This document shows positions 36,642 to 47,110 of a DNA stretch of 56,141 nt, piece by piece. Each line of letters opens with the position of its first letter. Within the stretch, counting starts at the first letter, position 1. The stretch comes from an uncultured Phycisphaeraceae bacterium (GTDB lineage: Bacteria > Planctomycetota > Phycisphaerae > Phycisphaerales > UBA1924), in assembly GCA_964448185.1 (NCBI GenBank), contig CAYUVO010000004.1, positions 1 through 56,141 of the forward strand, written 5' to 3'. The position numbers and the translations under genes were made by a program. The notes beneath the pieces were generated by a model. The model was not told the DNA's origin and ran no database searches. It worked only from the letters and a program-made list of their open reading frames with translations.

Positions 36642-36830
36642 GGGGAACTCCAGAAGCAGGAGGATGTTGAGAGAGCGATAGCTCAGGATCGGCACAGGAA
36701 GGGGATGGTATCTCTGTATATGGGGCAAACTACTCAAGGATGCTGCGAGGTGCCAGCAATGTGCATGGTTGCTAGGCTGATGTTGTGAGGCTCTGATTCA
36801 TGCCTCCGAGCTTGTATATTTCGTACAAAG

Positions 36831-37379
36831 ATGTCCACAAAAGCCGATACATCGAACCCCGTTTCAACCCCGCTCGTTGGGCTCATCATGGGTTCGTCCT
36901 CGGATTGGGACACCATGGAGCACGCGGCGAGCACGCTCGATCGGCTCGGGGTCGCGCATGAGGTGCGGGTGGTCAGTGCGCACAGGACGCCCGACGTGCT
37001 CTTTGAATACGCCTCGTCGGCTCAAGCCAGAGGGCTTCGGGTGCTGATCGCCGGTGCGGGCGGGGCAGCTCACCTGCCCGGGATGTGCGCCGCCAAGACG
37101 TTGATCCCGGTGCTCGGCGTGCCGGTGGAATCGAGGGCGCTTTCGGGGATGGATTCGCTGCTCTCGATCGTGCAGATGCCCGCGGGGGTTCCGGTGGGGA
37201 CGCTGGCGATCGGCAGAGCAGGTGCGATCAACGCGGCGCTGTTTGCAGGCGCGATCTTGGCGCACGAGTTCCCCGAGATCGCCAACAAGCTCGAAGCGTT
37301 CCGATCAGAACAGACCCAGCGTGTGACGGACCATCCCGATCCTCGTGAGCCCGGGCTGGGGGAGGTAGGGAGGGCATGA
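36831..37379 (+). CDS. purE: N5-carboxyaminoimidazole ribonucleotide mutase
   Basis: [33 protein letters not shown]. Confidence 0.9.
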   Translation: MSTKADTSNPVSTPLVGLIMGSSSDWDTMEHAASTLDRLGVAHEVRVVSAHRTPDVLFEYASSAQARGLRVLIAGAGGAAHLPGMCAAKTLIPVLGVPVESRALSGMDSLLSIVQMPAGVPVGTLAIGRAGAINAALFAGAILAHEFPEIANKLEAFRSEQTQRVTDHPDPREPGLGEVGRA

Positions 37380-38539
37380 CCACGCTGGGCGTTCTTGGTG
37401 GCGGGCAGCTCGGGCAGATGCTCGCTCGCGCAGGACGCGCTCTGGATATCAAGGTCGCGTGCTTCGACCATAAGCCAAACGCCTGCGCGTCGCGCGAGGC
37501 ACCGCTGACCGTGGGTCGGTTCGATGACATTGATGCTGTGCGCATGTTTGCTGAGGGGTGTGACTTTATCACGATCGAGTTTGAGAGCGTGCCGGTGCGC
37601 ACGCTTGAAGTTCTTATCGAGTCTGGCGTGAGCGTGTTTCCGGGGATCGAATCGGTTCGGATCACGCAAGACCGGATCGCAGAGAAGCGTCTCTTCGAGT
37701 CGATCGGGCTCGCGGCCCCGAAATATGCAGCGGTCGATTCGCTCGAAGAACTCGAAGCTGCAGCGGGAACGGTCGGCTTACCCGCGGTGCTCAAGACTCG
37801 CCGTGACGGCTACGACGGCAAGGGCCAGCGCGTGATCCGTGATCGCTCCGCGATCGCCAGTGCGTGGCAGGACGTGGGCGAACACGCCAACGGCGGGTGC
37901 ATCCTCGAAGCATTCGTAAGGTTCAAACGAGAGCTCAGCGTAGTGACCGCACGCGACGCCTTCGGCAGGGTTCGTTCGTTTGCTCTTACCGAGAACGTGC
38001 ATCGCAATGGCATCCTGCACTGTTCGGTCGCCCCGGCTGGCGGGGCTGATGCCGTGTGTGCGCACGCTGAGCGATTGGCCGAACGACTCGTTGAGGCACT
38101 CGATCATGTAGGGGTGTTGACGCTCGAGTTGTTCGAGACAGCGGACGGCACGCTGATGGGCAACGAGTTCGCGCCGCGGGTACACAACTCGGGTCACTGG
38201 ACGCTCGACGCGGGCAGCACCGATCAGTTCAGCCAGCATTTGCGAGCGGTCACGGGGCTGGCGTTGGCCGATCCGGTGCTGGAGGGTGAGGCGTGTGGGG
38301 CTGCGATGGTGAACCTCATCGGGGAGCTGCCGCCGGCTCAGGCGTTTGATGAGCCCGGGCTCAAGGTGCATCTGTATGGCAAGGAGCCCAGGGCGGGTCG
38401 CAAGCTCGGGCATGTGAGCTGGGCGTGCGTCGATGCTCTCACGGCTCAGCATCGCGCCGAGGCGTGGGCGGACCGGTGGTTGCAGGGCTATCGCGACCAT
38501 GCCCAACCGCTGCCAGAGAATGCGGGCGACAGGACTTGA
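37376..38539 (+). CDS. purK: N5-carboxyaminoimidazole ribonucleotide synthase (ATP-grasp)
   Basis: ATGA overlap with pur[40 protein letters not shown]. Confidence 0.9.
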   Translation: MTTLGVLGGGQLGQMLARAGRALDIKVACFDHKPNACASREAPLTVGRFDDIDAVRMFAEGCDFITIEFESVPVRTLEVLIESGVSVFPGIESVRITQDRIAEKRLFESIGLAAPKYAAVDSLEELEAAAGTVGLPAVLKTRRDGYDGKGQRVIRDRSAIASAWQDVGEHANGGCILEAFVRFKRELSVVTARDAFGRVRSFALTENVHRNGILHCSVAPAGGADAVCAHAERLAERLVEALDHVGVLTLELFETADGTLMGNEFAPRVHNSGHWTLDAGSTDQFSQHLRAVTGLALADPVLEGEACGAAMVNLIGELPPAQAFDEPGLKVHLYGKEPRAGRKLGHVSWACVDALTAQHRAEAWADRWLQGYRDHAQPLPENAGDRT

Positions 38540-38604
38540 ACCTGCACGACCTTTCGGCCACGAGAACCTAAATCTCGCGCGTCTGCCAATTCCGCCACGC
38601 CCGC
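38521..38604 (-). tRNA. tRNA-Leu (anticodon TAG), class II with long variable arm
   Basis: Minus-strand read: GCGGGCG-TG-GCGGAATTGGCAGACGC-G-CGAGA-TTTAGGT-TCTCG-TGGCCGAAAGGTCGT-GCAGGTTCAAGTCCTGT-CGCCCGC-A, 84 nt. CCA is not encoded. Confidence 0.9.
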
Positions 38605-38817
38605 GTTGTCCCTGATCGTACTGCCCACAACCCGAAAGTCATCGGCCTGCGATCCGAATCAGGGAGAGAGGGACGGTGAGGGGGGGGAGGCCCGGCCATG
38701 CCAGGGGTTGTAGCATGAGGCTCGGGCGGGCCGATGAGGTCTTACAAGAAGGGAGAGCCGACGCATCTCCCAAGAGCGTTCTTGCCCCCATAAGGGCGAG
38801 AATGAAAGGATGGCACG

Positions 38818-39735
38818 ATGAGCTTGCGAGAGTCTTTGGCGGTTGGATGGGCACCGATCTTCTTGCGGCTGGCCCTGGGGGTCACGTTCATGTGGGCGGG
38901 GCTCGCCAAAGTGGTGTACAGAGCCGATTTTGCGGGTCAGGACGCGGCGACCCTCGCCAACTATGGCGTGATCGCAGCCCCCTCGGCGGCCGCTCCACCA
39001 ACCGCTGAGATCGACCCGATCGCGTTCATCCCTCGCGCTCAGCAATATGAAAAATACCAACAACACCACCCCCCCCCCCCCCACACCCCCCCTAACACCC
39101 GACCCGACAACCGTCAGCCCGACGGCTCGCCGCCGCCAGCGCTCGACGACGAACCGGGTTTACAAGATGCCCCTCCACCCCCTCCGCTTTCGCAAAACGT
39201 GACGGGCGGCCCGGGTTATACCGCCGACCAGTTCCCCGAGCCGGTCGAGGCTCGGTCGTTGCACGCGATCACGCTGTTGCTCGATCGCGCGATGCACCCG
39301 GGCGTTGATGCTCAGAGCGGCGAGCCGACCATCGCGCTGTGGTTCGATGTGGATGCCACCAAGGACTACGACCCGTGGCCGACATACTTCGCGTGGGCGG
39401 TCGCGGGGACCGAACTGATCGCGGGTGGGTTCTTGCTGTTGGGTTTGCTGACTCGGCTCAGCGCACTGGGTATCGCGGGGACGATGGCGGGTGCTCTTTG
39501 GCTGACCACGATCGGGCCTGCGATGCAGTCGGGCCAGACGACGCTCGGGTTTTTGCCGAATCACGAGTTGCTGAATCTGATGGCGTGGCAGACCCCGTTG
39601 TGGCAGTTCTCGCTGCTGATGACATCACTCGCGATGTTCTGTATGGGATCGGGAGCGTTGTCGATTGATCGGCTGCTCTTTGGCAACCCGTTCTTCTATC
39701 GCGCAGCGCCGAAGAAAAACTCATCGGACGACTGA
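38818..39735 (+). CDS. DoxX-family membrane protein with a large Pro-rich insertion
   Basis: N-terminal FLRLALGVTFMWAGLAKV and C-terminal ELIAGGFLLLGLLTRLSALGIAGTMAGALW. The roughly 110-aa Pro-rich loop includes the C14 tract. Confidence 0.7.
   Translation: MSLRESLAVGWAPIFLRLALGVTFMWAGLAKVVYRADFAGQDAATLANYGVIAAPSAAAPPTAEIDPIAFIPRAQQYEKYQQHHPPPPHTPPNTRPDNRQPDGSPPPALDDEPGLQDAPPPPPLSQNVTGGPGYTADQFPEPVEARSLHAITLLLDRAMHPGVDAQSGEPTIALWFDVDATKDYDPWPTYFAWAVAGTELIAGGFLLLGLLTRLSALGIAGTMAGALWLTTIGPAMQSGQTTLGFLPNHELLNLMAWQTPLWQFSLLMTSLAMFCMGSGALSIDRLLFGNPFFYRAAPKKNSSDD
39069..39082 (+). repeat. Homopolymeric C14 tract inside the DoxX CDS, followed by a C7 tract at 39086-39092
   Basis: Counted directly. 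The region encodes HHPPPPHTPP. Confidence 0.95.
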
Positions 39736-39780
39736 CCAGTCTCGGCGTTGGAATCTAAATCTTTGAACGAGCCGCGCCCA

Positions 39781-40215
39781 TCAGGGAGCGGTTTTTTCGT
39801 CAGCAGGCGGCGGGATTTCTATAGGAGTGGGTTCCGGCGGTGGATTTTTTAGCTTGAGCGTGAGGTCTTTTTGCCAGTATCGACGGGTTTGTTGGATCTC
39901 GTAGGTGCTGCCGCACTCGGGACAGATGCCTTCGGTGGGCAGGTCGGCGAGCGCGAACAGGCAGTTGCCGCAGATTTCGCCGTCGTGCTTGGCGATTCGA
40001 CGACGTACGGGGAAGAGCCAGATCAACTGCCCCAAGCCCAGCAAGCCCATAAATCCGAAGAACCCGTAATATTTATTCGGAATGATGCCGCGGAAGAGAA
40101 AGTAAAACATCCCTATCAGAGCCAACGGCACGACGACCGCAATCGCGGCGAGGATGTAGCACCGTCGGTTGTATCGTTTGGTCCAGGGGTGGTGCGAGGC
40201 CATGGCGGGCTCCAT
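39781..40215 (-). CDS. Small membrane protein with C-terminal zinc ribbon
   Basis: Two TM helices, then CGNCLFALADLPTEGICPECG. Confidence 0.45.
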   Translation of the reverse strand: MEPAMASHHPWTKRYNRRCYILAAIAVVVPLALIGMFYFLFRGIIPNKYYGFFGFMGLLGLGQLIWLFPVRRRIAKHDGEICGNCLFALADLPTEGICPECGSTYEIQQTRRYWQKDLTLKLKNPPPEPTPIEIPPPADEKTAP

Positions 40216-40284
40216 GCTACTTGATTGATCGGAGGTGCGCCCATCAGAGGCATTCTGTAGGGCGAACGGCCGCTCAGCAGGAGC

Positions 40285-42315
40285 CTAAGGCTCGACGATC
40301 TGCGCCTTGCCACGGATCATCGCGTGGGCAGCGTTCGGCGATGCATCAAACAGGTACGGCCCCTGTGCGCCGTCCATGTGCAACAAGAGCACGTCGGACT
40401 CGGTCGGCGCGAGCCTGCGCTGCGGCGTGAATTCTTTGGTGTAGAGCGCCGAGGCCGAGAGGCGCACTTCGTCGATCTGTCCATCGAACGTCGATACCGC
40501 GTTGCCGTCGCCGGTGACGTCCGCGCCGATGATAAGTGGTAGGGTGTTGGTTCTTCGCTGGCCGCTGGCGGAGGTAGATGCGGCGAGCTTGCCGTCGATA
40601 TAGAGCCGAAGCTCGCGACCATCGAAGACGCCCGCAAGGTGGTACCAGCGATCCGTTTCGAGCGTTGTGCCTTGGGGTTTGGCAACCGCGTACCGCCCGT
40701 CGAGATGGACACTCATGTCCGGTCTGCCTTTGCTGACGAACAGCGCGTACTCGGAGTTTTCGGTTTTGGCAATCAGCCCGACACGGTTGCTAAATGAGCG
40801 TGCACGCATCCAGCATTCGAGCGTGAACGGACCTTGTGGCAGCTTGATCTGCTCGGCATCGACCGTCGCAATCGCGCCTCGGCTGGTCGAGAGCACCCGC
40901 TCGGTTGCGGGCTTCGCCGGTGCAGCAAGCTCGACTTCGATCGGGACTGCGATGCGTCTTTCGGGCACCGAGTAGCGGAAACCGTGGGTGAGATAGTCAA
41001 GATTCGCGATGACTTCGGGACGCCGATAGGCGCGGTCGATGGTGCTCGGCGTCTCAATGGAAGAGCCGCTGCCCATGCGGTCGGCGTGGACGGTGACCAC
41101 TTTCTGGCCGCCCGCGGGGATGAGGGCGTGGGCATGATCGGGCGTGAACATCCACCTGCTGTCAACGCTTGTGGGCGTGACGTTGGCCTCGACGTCTTGC
41201 GTCGTGGGGTTGCGGATGGTGAGCGTAAACACGCCCGAGACGCGGCCACTCGATTCCATTTTGAGCGAGGAATCAAGCACGATCCCTTGTCGCGCGAGCC
41301 TGCCGACTTCATCGCTGAGCTCGCCCGTGATGTCGCGGACGTCCTGCAACTCGCCCACGGGGATCGAAGCAAGCGCGATCTGATCTTTGCGAACGGTCAC
41401 GGTATGAAACTGATGAAGATACCCGGCGTCGGGTGCGAGCCCGCTCTGACCACCTCCGACAGTGGCGAGGGTGACGTATTCGATGCCGTCGAAGGGTCCG
41501 TCGTAGCGCATGCGGTGGATGTGCCCGGCGAAGACGGCCGAGACGTTGCCCGCTTGGACGAGGCGTGTGTGGACGCGGTCCCAGTCGTCGCCGTAGCCGC
41601 CTTTGAGCCATCGCGGGTGGTGGAGGAAGATGAAGACGTGGTCGGCGTCTTTGGTTCGTTCGAGGGTGGTGTCGAGCCACGCGAACTGTTCGGGGCTCAT
41701 GCGCTGCGCTTCGGGTCGGCGGAAGTTTTTGTTGCCGGTTTGCGGGTTGCCCTCGTCGCTGTAGAGCACGATGAACCAGGAGTTCTTGTGCTCGAAGGCG
41801 TACCACAGCGGGCCGAAGTGCATCTCGTAGTTGGCGTCGTGTTCGTTGCGTGGGCGTTGGCCCTCGGGGCCTCGCCAGTAGACGTCGTGGTTGCCCGCGA
41901 CGGGGAACCACGGGCAGAGCAGCTCGTCCATGATGCCCTTGAACTCACGCATCTGGGCGGTCCAGCCGGGGGTCTGGTTGTAGCCGTCGATGAGGTCGCC
42001 GACGGTCATGACCAGATCGGGTTCGAGCAGGTTGGTGTCGTGGACCGCATCGGCGAGCACATTGACGCCCGAGGCGGGCCCGCCCGTGCGGTCGCCAAAG
42101 ACGACGAACGTGAAGGCGTCCTGATCGGTGGGCAGCGGCAGGACGACGGGCGAATCACGGTTGGTAGTAAATCGGTTCGGATCAACGACCTCGGGGTGGG
42201 GCTCGTTGTGCTTGTGAGTGTGGCGTTGGTGGACGAGGTTGTCGAGCTCTTGGGACTGGGCGGCGGCTGCGAGCGACAAGAGCAGGATCGAGGCGGTCAG
42301 CGTGCGGATGGTCAT
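40285..42315 (-). CDS. Secreted calcineurin-like metallophosphoesterase fused to a LamG/concanavalin-like domain
   Basis: Signal peptide MTIRTLTASILLLSLAAAAQS. VVFGDRTGG, TVGDLIDG, AGNHDVY, FLHHP, GHIH. C-terminal WYHLAGVFDGRELRLYIDG (LamG-like). Confidence 0.75.
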   Translation of the reverse strand: MTIRTLTASILLLSLAAAAQSQELDNLVHQRHTHKHNEPHPEVVDPNRFTTNRDSPVVLPLPTDQDAFTFVVFGDRTGGPASGVNVLADAVHDTNLLEPDLVMTVGDLIDGYNQTPGWTAQMREFKGIMDELLCPWFPVAGNHDVYWRGPEGQRPRNEHDANYEMHFGPLWYAFEHKNSWFIVLYSDEGNPQTGNKNFRRPEAQRMSPEQFAWLDTTLERTKDADHVFIFLHHPRWLKGGYGDDWDRVHTRLVQAGNVSAVFAGHIHRMRYDGPFDGIEYVTLATVGGGQSGLAPDAGYLHQFHTVTVRKDQIALASIPVGELQDVRDITGELSDEVGRLARQGIVLDSSLKMESSGRVSGVFTLTIRNPTTQDVEANVTPTSVDSRWMFTPDHAHALIPAGGQKVVTVHADRMGSGSSIETPSTIDRAYRRPEVIANLDYLTHGFRYSVPERRIAVPIEVELAAPAKPATERVLSTSRGAIATVDAEQIKLPQGPFTLECWMRARSFSNRVGLIAKTENSEYALFVSKGRPDMSVHLDGRYAVAKPQGTTLETDRWYHLAGVFDGRELRLYIDGKLAASTSASGQRRTNTLPLIIGADVTGDGNAVSTFDGQIDEVRLSASALYTKEFTPQRRLAPTESDVLLLHMDGAQGPYLFDASPNAAHAMIRGKAQIVEP

Positions 42316-42461
42316 GTGCGCACGGTACCGGATGGCGTCGCGTGGCAACAGGCCGTCGCCGGAGATTTCTTGCCAAGACTTACCAACTCTTGTCGAGGTT
42401 GGTCCCCACGCCCGAGCGGCGCTCCGTACACTCGGCCGTGCGCACAGACGACCCCAACTGG

Positions 42462-43142
42462 ATGCAAACACTCAGAGGCCGATTCCTGGTCTTCGACGGC
42501 CCCGACGGCAGCGGCAAATCCACCCAGCTCGACCGCTTCGCACAGGCCGCGACCGACGCAGGCGTGAGCATCTGCCGAGTCCGCGAACCCGGCGGGACCC
42601 CCATCGGCGAAGCCGTCCGCGATGTGCTGCTCGACCGTGAACACGGGGCGATGACTGCGACGACCGAGGTGCTGTTATATATGGCGAGCCGGGCGCAGCT
42701 GTGCGCACAGTGCATTGCTCCCGCTCTGGAACGCGGCGAACTGGTGCTCGCCGATCGGTTCATCTCGTCCACGCTCGCCTATCAGGGCACCGCGGGCGGC
42801 GTCGCGTTCGACGACATTCTCGCGGTGGGCAAGGTCGCTTTGCACAGCGTCGAGCCCGACCTGACGCTGGTGTTTGATGTGGACGAGCGCACACGCACCG
42901 CGAGGCTCACCGGAGCCCCGGTCCGCAGACGGGCACAGAGAGACACCGGGCCGAGCCTGTTCGCCGACCGCATCGAGGACAAGGACGCCCAGTTTCACGC
43001 GCGGGTTCGTGAGGGATATCTCCAGCAGGCCCAGCGCTGGCCCGAGCAGTACGCGGTGATCGACGCTCGGGGCGAGCCCGACGAGGTGTACGACGCAGCG
43101 ATCAAGGCGATCTGCGAGCGATTGGCGCAGGCAGCCCGCTGA
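42462..43142 (+). CDS. tmk: Thymidylate kinase
   Basis: FLVFDGPDGSGKSTQ, DRFISSTLAYQG. Confidence 0.9.
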   Translation: MQTLRGRFLVFDGPDGSGKSTQLDRFAQAATDAGVSICRVREPGGTPIGEAVRDVLLDREHGAMTATTEVLLYMASRAQLCAQCIAPALERGELVLADRFISSTLAYQGTAGGVAFDDILAVGKVALHSVEPDLTLVFDVDERTRTARLTGAPVRRRAQRDTGPSLFADRIEDKDAQFHARVREGYLQQAQRWPEQYAVIDARGEPDEVYDAAIKAICERLAQAAR

Positions 43143-43161
43143 ACGGACATATGCTCAACGC

Positions 43162-44481
43162 ATGGCGACCACGAGCTTTCGAGCCCCCAACGGCACCCAA
43201 GACAGTTACCCCCTCGACCTGCTGCGAAGGCGATGGCTCATCGAGCATTGGCGCCGCGTGAGCACCCGCCACGGCTTCGAGGAAATCGACGGGCCCACCT
43301 TCGAGCACCTCGACCTCTATACCGTCAAGAGCGGCGAAGGCATCGCAAGCGAGCTCTTTAGCTTCCGACGCACCGGCGGCAAGGACGACTACGCGCTGCG
43401 ACCCGAGTTCACGCCGACGCTCGCGCGGATGTACGCCGCCAAGGCGAACGCTCTGCCCAAGCCGACCAAGTGGTTTTGTACGGGCAATTTCTTTCGCGCC
43501 GAGCGGCCACAGCGCGGCAGGCGACGCGAGTTCTGGCAGTGGAACGCGGACGTGATCGGGCTTGAAGGAATCGACGACACTGCGGAGGCCAAGGCGCGTG
43601 CCGATGCCGAGGTGATCGCGTGTGTGGTCGAGCTGCTCAGTTCACTCGGACTGAGCAGCGATGATGCGAGAGTATGTGTCAGCGACCGCAACGCGGCAGC
43701 CGATCTCATACGCCGATCCTCGGGCGATTCGATCGACGTTGATGCTGTCTTTGTGTTGCTCGACAAGCGAAGCAAGCTCGACGCAGAGGCATTCACCGAG
43801 CGAGCCAAGCCCTTGGGGTTCGACATTATCAGTTTTGATCCGTTGGTTGCCGCACAGACTTCTGATGTGCTCTCGCCATTGCTCGGGGCGTTAGGGGCAC
43901 AAGGCGTGTCGGACTGGATCACACCCGACTTCAACATCGCGCGCGGCCTCGCGTACTACACAGGCACTGTGTTCGAGGTGATCGCTGAAGGCGAGCGGGC
44001 CATCGCGGGCGGCGGCCGATACGACCACCTCATCGAACTCTTCGGCGGCCCCCCCACCCCCGCGGTCGGCTTTGGGATGGGCGACGTCGTCCTCACGAAT
44101 CTGCTTGTTGATAAGGGCTTGATGCCGAGTGATGGGGAGCTGATGGAGTGGGCGGGCCAGTCGCCGACGGTGTTTGTGATCGCATCGGATGACGAATCAA
44201 TGTCGCAGCTGCGCCCAACGGTCGCGGCGTTGCGCAGCGCCGGGCTACACGCGCGGCACAGCTATAAGGCCACGCGCAACACGGGCAAGCTGCTCAAAGA
44301 AGCCAACACGCTCGGGGCACACGTTGCGTTGCTCATTGAAGACGGCGGGCAGGCTGCGAAGATCAAGCACCTCCGAGGCGATGGCGGTCAGAGCGAGCCG
44401 ATGCCGATGGAACAGGCGGTTGCGTTGTTGGCTGAGGAGTATCGTCCGAGCAACGAGCCGCCTGCGGTCAAGAGGAGCTAA
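43162..44481 (+). CDS. hisS: Histidine--tRNA ligase
   Basis: Motif 2 FRAERPQRGRRREFWQWNADVIG, motif 3 GGGRYDHL, and a C-terminal anticodon-binding domain. Confidence 0.9.
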   Translation: MATTSFRAPNGTQDSYPLDLLRRRWLIEHWRRVSTRHGFEEIDGPTFEHLDLYTVKSGEGIASELFSFRRTGGKDDYALRPEFTPTLARMYAAKANALPKPTKWFCTGNFFRAERPQRGRRREFWQWNADVIGLEGIDDTAEAKARADAEVIACVVELLSSLGLSSDDARVCVSDRNAAADLIRRSSGDSIDVDAVFVLLDKRSKLDAEAFTERAKPLGFDIISFDPLVAAQTSDVLSPLLGALGAQGVSDWITPDFNIARGLAYYTGTVFEVIAEGERAIAGGGRYDHLIELFGGPPTPAVGFGMGDVVLTNLLVDKGLMPSDGELMEWAGQSPTVFVIASDDESMSQLRPTVAALRSAGLHARHSYKATRNTGKLLKEANTLGAHVALLIEDGGQAAKIKHLRGDGGQSEPMPMEQAVALLAEEYRPSNEPPAVKRS

Positions 44482-44493
44482 GAACGGGGGGTG

Positions 44494-45426
44494 TTAGATC
44501 GGGCCAGCGCTGAGTGCTGGAGCGCCGACGGCTTCGCGGACCTGCTGGGCATCCGAGCGGTCGCAGACCAGCCAGAACAGCATGCCGTCGTTCTTCCAGA
44601 CGAACACGCATGGCTTGCCGAGATCGTTTCCCTTGGCGACGTGGTACGACTGGCCGTCCTCGATCTGTAAGCCGCCGTGATCTTCTTGAACGAACAAGCT
44701 GGCGGTACGCTGCTCGCCCTCATCAAGCGTGGACAATCGGATGTGGAGCGACTTGCCCGCGCCGGGCACGCCGCACCGGCCCGCGTCGATGAACTGGATC
44801 GAATCAGCGTGTGCGATGATGTCGTCGAGCGAAACCGTCCGTCCCATGACCGCTTGGAACGCGCGAGGAAGATCCTCGGGCAAGGTCGCGGTGAACTTAG
44901 AAGCGACATTGGGATCGCTGAGCAACTCGCACCTGAGGTGTTCGAGGCCCACGAACTCGGTGGCGCGGGCAGCGAGCAATACCTGAGAGCTGCCGCCATC
45001 AATCATCCCGGTGCGCTGACCGACCTGGAACGCGAGCGTCACCGCGAGCACGAGCACAGCAGCCATCGCGAGCCCGCGCGCTACAGCGCCGCCGTTCCAG
45101 AAGGATGGGCTGCGGGTTATCGGTGCGAGTCGTTCGGGCTCGTTGTGGTCGGCAGCGGACTGATGTGACCCGAGCATCTTCTCGATGGAACTGCGCAGCT
45201 CGTCGGGGCAGGTCTGTTCGCCCGCGAAGCAATCGCAGCACGCGGTACGGAGACGCTGCTCGAACTCGATGCGCTGTGTGCAGCCCGGGCTTTCATCCAG
45301 ATACGAACAGAGCTGGGCTTCTTGATCGGTGGTGAGCTCGCCATCGGCGGCGCAACGCAGCAGAGCGGCGACCGACAACTGGTCCGCGTTGGACAGGTCC
45401 TTGTTGAATGATTGATCCTGAGTCAT
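44494..45426 (-). CDS. Anti-sigma factor (zinc-finger type N-terminus, one TM, periplasmic domain)
   Basis: Lies downstream of the ECF sigma gene. Cys/His-rich N-terminus (LRCAADGELT..CSYLDESPGCTQR..CCDC). TM segment GLAMAAVLVLAVTLAF. Confidence 0.55.
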   Translation of the reverse strand: MTQDQSFNKDLSNADQLSVAALLRCAADGELTTDQEAQLCSYLDESPGCTQRIEFEQRLRTACCDCFAGEQTCPDELRSSIEKMLGSHQSAADHNEPERLAPITRSPSFWNGGAVARGLAMAAVLVLAVTLAFQVGQRTGMIDGGSSQVLLAARATEFVGLEHLRCELLSDPNVASKFTATLPEDLPRAFQAVMGRTVSLDDIIAHADSIQFIDAGRCGVPGAGKSLHIRLSTLDEGEQRTASLFVQEDHGGLQIEDGQSYHVAKGNDLGKPCVFVWKNDGMLFWLVCDRSDAQQVREAVGAPALSAGPI

Positions 45427-45531
45427 CGCAACACACTCCGCTACATCTGAGTCTTGGACATCAGGCTGCTACCCGACATGAACAGACACTTGCTTTACAT
45501 ACTTCTCCGCAGCTTGCTACTCGACAGCCCA

Positions 45532-46128
45532 CTACTCCGCAGACCGGATTCCTAACTCATCGGCGAGCCCGTCCTGGCTCATCAGTCCATCCGCCACCAG
45601 CTTGCGAGCCCGGTGGAGCCTGCTCATTACCGTCCCGATCGGGATCTCGAGGATCGTCGCGATCTCACGGTACTTGAGCCCATCGACGCCCCACATCAGC
45701 AGGATCTCCCGATAGTCTTCCTTGAGCGCGCCCACAGCGGCCTTGAGCCGACCATCGACCTGCTCCCAATCCATCTGCGAACGGTCCCAGACCGGGGGTG
45801 GTTCATCGGGCGGCCTCTCATCGGACGCCTCCCCAAAGAACTCGCCCACCGCCAGCGGAGCCTTCGCAGCCCGTTTGATCTGCGAATAAAACAAGTTGTG
45901 GCAAATCGTAAATAACCACGACCGCATCGCCGAATCCAGATCCCCGCTCTCGCCCGAAGCGCTCTTGGCCGGGTCGAACCCCTCGACCGCTCTCGGACGC
46001 AGCGCACGCGCAAACGTGTCCTGCACGAGATCCTCGGCCTTGTTCTGGTCGCGGGTGAGCCGCAACGCGAGGCGGAAAACCGCGTCGAGCTGGCCCATCG
46101 CCAACGGTTCGAACTGGGCACGTTCCAT
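45532..46128 (-). CDS. ECF-type RNA polymerase sigma factor
   Basis: Region 2 DLVQDTFARAL..WLFTICHNLFY. Region 4 YREILLMWGVDGLKYREIATILEIPIGTVMSRLHRARK. Confidence 0.85.
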   Translation of the reverse strand: MERAQFEPLAMGQLDAVFRLALRLTRDQNKAEDLVQDTFARALRPRAVEGFDPAKSASGESGDLDSAMRSWLFTICHNLFYSQIKRAAKAPLAVGEFFGEASDERPPDEPPPVWDRSQMDWEQVDGRLKAAVGALKEDYREILLMWGVDGLKYREIATILEIPIGTVMSRLHRARKLVADGLMSQDGLADELGIRSAE

Positions 46129-46351
46129 CGTGTGTCGAGAGTCCTGTCACAACAGAGCCAATGCCCAGCGAGCCCGGGCTATTCCAGCCGTTTCCCGACA
46201 AGTGAGAAACATGGCCGATCGCAGCGACCATAGGCCTATAAAACCTACGAAACAGGCTCAATCAAACGAATGATTGAACCAGTTAGGCCATCAAGAGACC
46301 GCAAGATCCCCATGAGGTCAATGGGGGGGCGGGTTCACAGCTTCTTAGTTT

Positions 46352-47110
46352 CTAAGGAGCCCGACGCAGCAGATCGAGCACCACAGGTTGGTCGAGCGGC
46401 GTGATCTCGTGGAGCGTGACGCCCCCGATGCTCCGGCTGAACATGTTCAAGCCCTCGGCACTGGGCGGCTCGGGTGCCCACGCAGAGGAATCCTGGAAGA
46501 TCACCACGATCTTGGTGTTGTCCGCTGCCTTGGCGAGCAGCAGCCGAGGGCCATGATCGGCGGATGACGCAGCGCCCGTGCTCGGGTCGTATCCCGCTAA
46601 CGGCGCGGTCCAGCCGACCAGATGAACCCCCGAACCCGCATCGGCAGCCAGACGGATGCCAAAGACCTTGTCCGTGTAGGCGGCAAACTTCTCGGGCGTT
46701 TCGCAGACCACCTCGGGTTCAAAGCTGATCGTGGCAGCCGCATACAACGAACCCGCATCGAGACGGTTGGCCCACGCCGAGTAGCGGCCGAGCCCGAACT
46801 GACCCGTCAGGCCCACCGCGATAAGAACAACCGCAGCGATCGCCAGACGCATCCAGCGCGTCGGTTTGGCCGTGACGACGACCTCGAGTTCGCTCTCGTC
46901 AGGGAACGCAAACGTGGCAGCGGGCAGGCTCGGGATCGGAAGAGCCAGACGGGCTCTCGTATCGACCGCTCGGAAGCGATCGACCTCGGCTTGCAGCGCT
47001 TTGTCGGTCTCGAGAGCCGTCTCGAAGGTGACGCATTCTTTGCCCGCGAGCTCGCCATCGACGTAGCGGAGCACCAGTTCTTGTTCGGCGGGGGTCAGTT
47101 CACGCATCAT
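46352..47110 (-). CDS. Anti-sigma factor-like protein
   Basis: MMRELTPAEQELVLRYVDGELAG N-terminus, one TM segment (AIAAVVLIAVGLTG). The start overlaps the upstream sigma gene stop. Confidence 0.5.
   Translation of the reverse strand: MMRELTPAEQELVLRYVDGELAGKECVTFETALETDKALQAEVDRFRAVDTRARLALPIPSLPAATFAFPDESELEVVVTAKPTRWMRLAIAAVVLIAVGLTGQFGLGRYSAWANRLDAGSLYAAATISFEPEVVCETPEKFAAYTDKVFGIRLAADAGSGVHLVGWTAPLAGYDPSTGAASSADHGPRLLLAKAADNTKIVVIFQDSSAWAPEPPSAEGLNMFSRSIGGVTLHEITPLDQPVVLDLLRRAP

Noticed and set aside
36738-36830. Purine riboswitch or PurR box upstream of purE
   Set aside because: There is only a short TTGTA/TACAA inverted repeat near the start codon. No purine-riboswitch junction sequences are recognisable.
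38521-38817. tRNA-Leu as an integration site of a genomic island
   Set aside because: No integrase is present, I found no direct repeat of the tRNA 3' end elsewhere in the window, and the flanking genes (purK, DoxX) are not obviously foreign.
40834-42567. 577-aa plus-strand ORF
   Set aside because: It is entirely antisense to the well-supported metallophosphoesterase gene. Its translation is Arg/Gly/Val-rich with no domain signature, so it is a shadow ORF.
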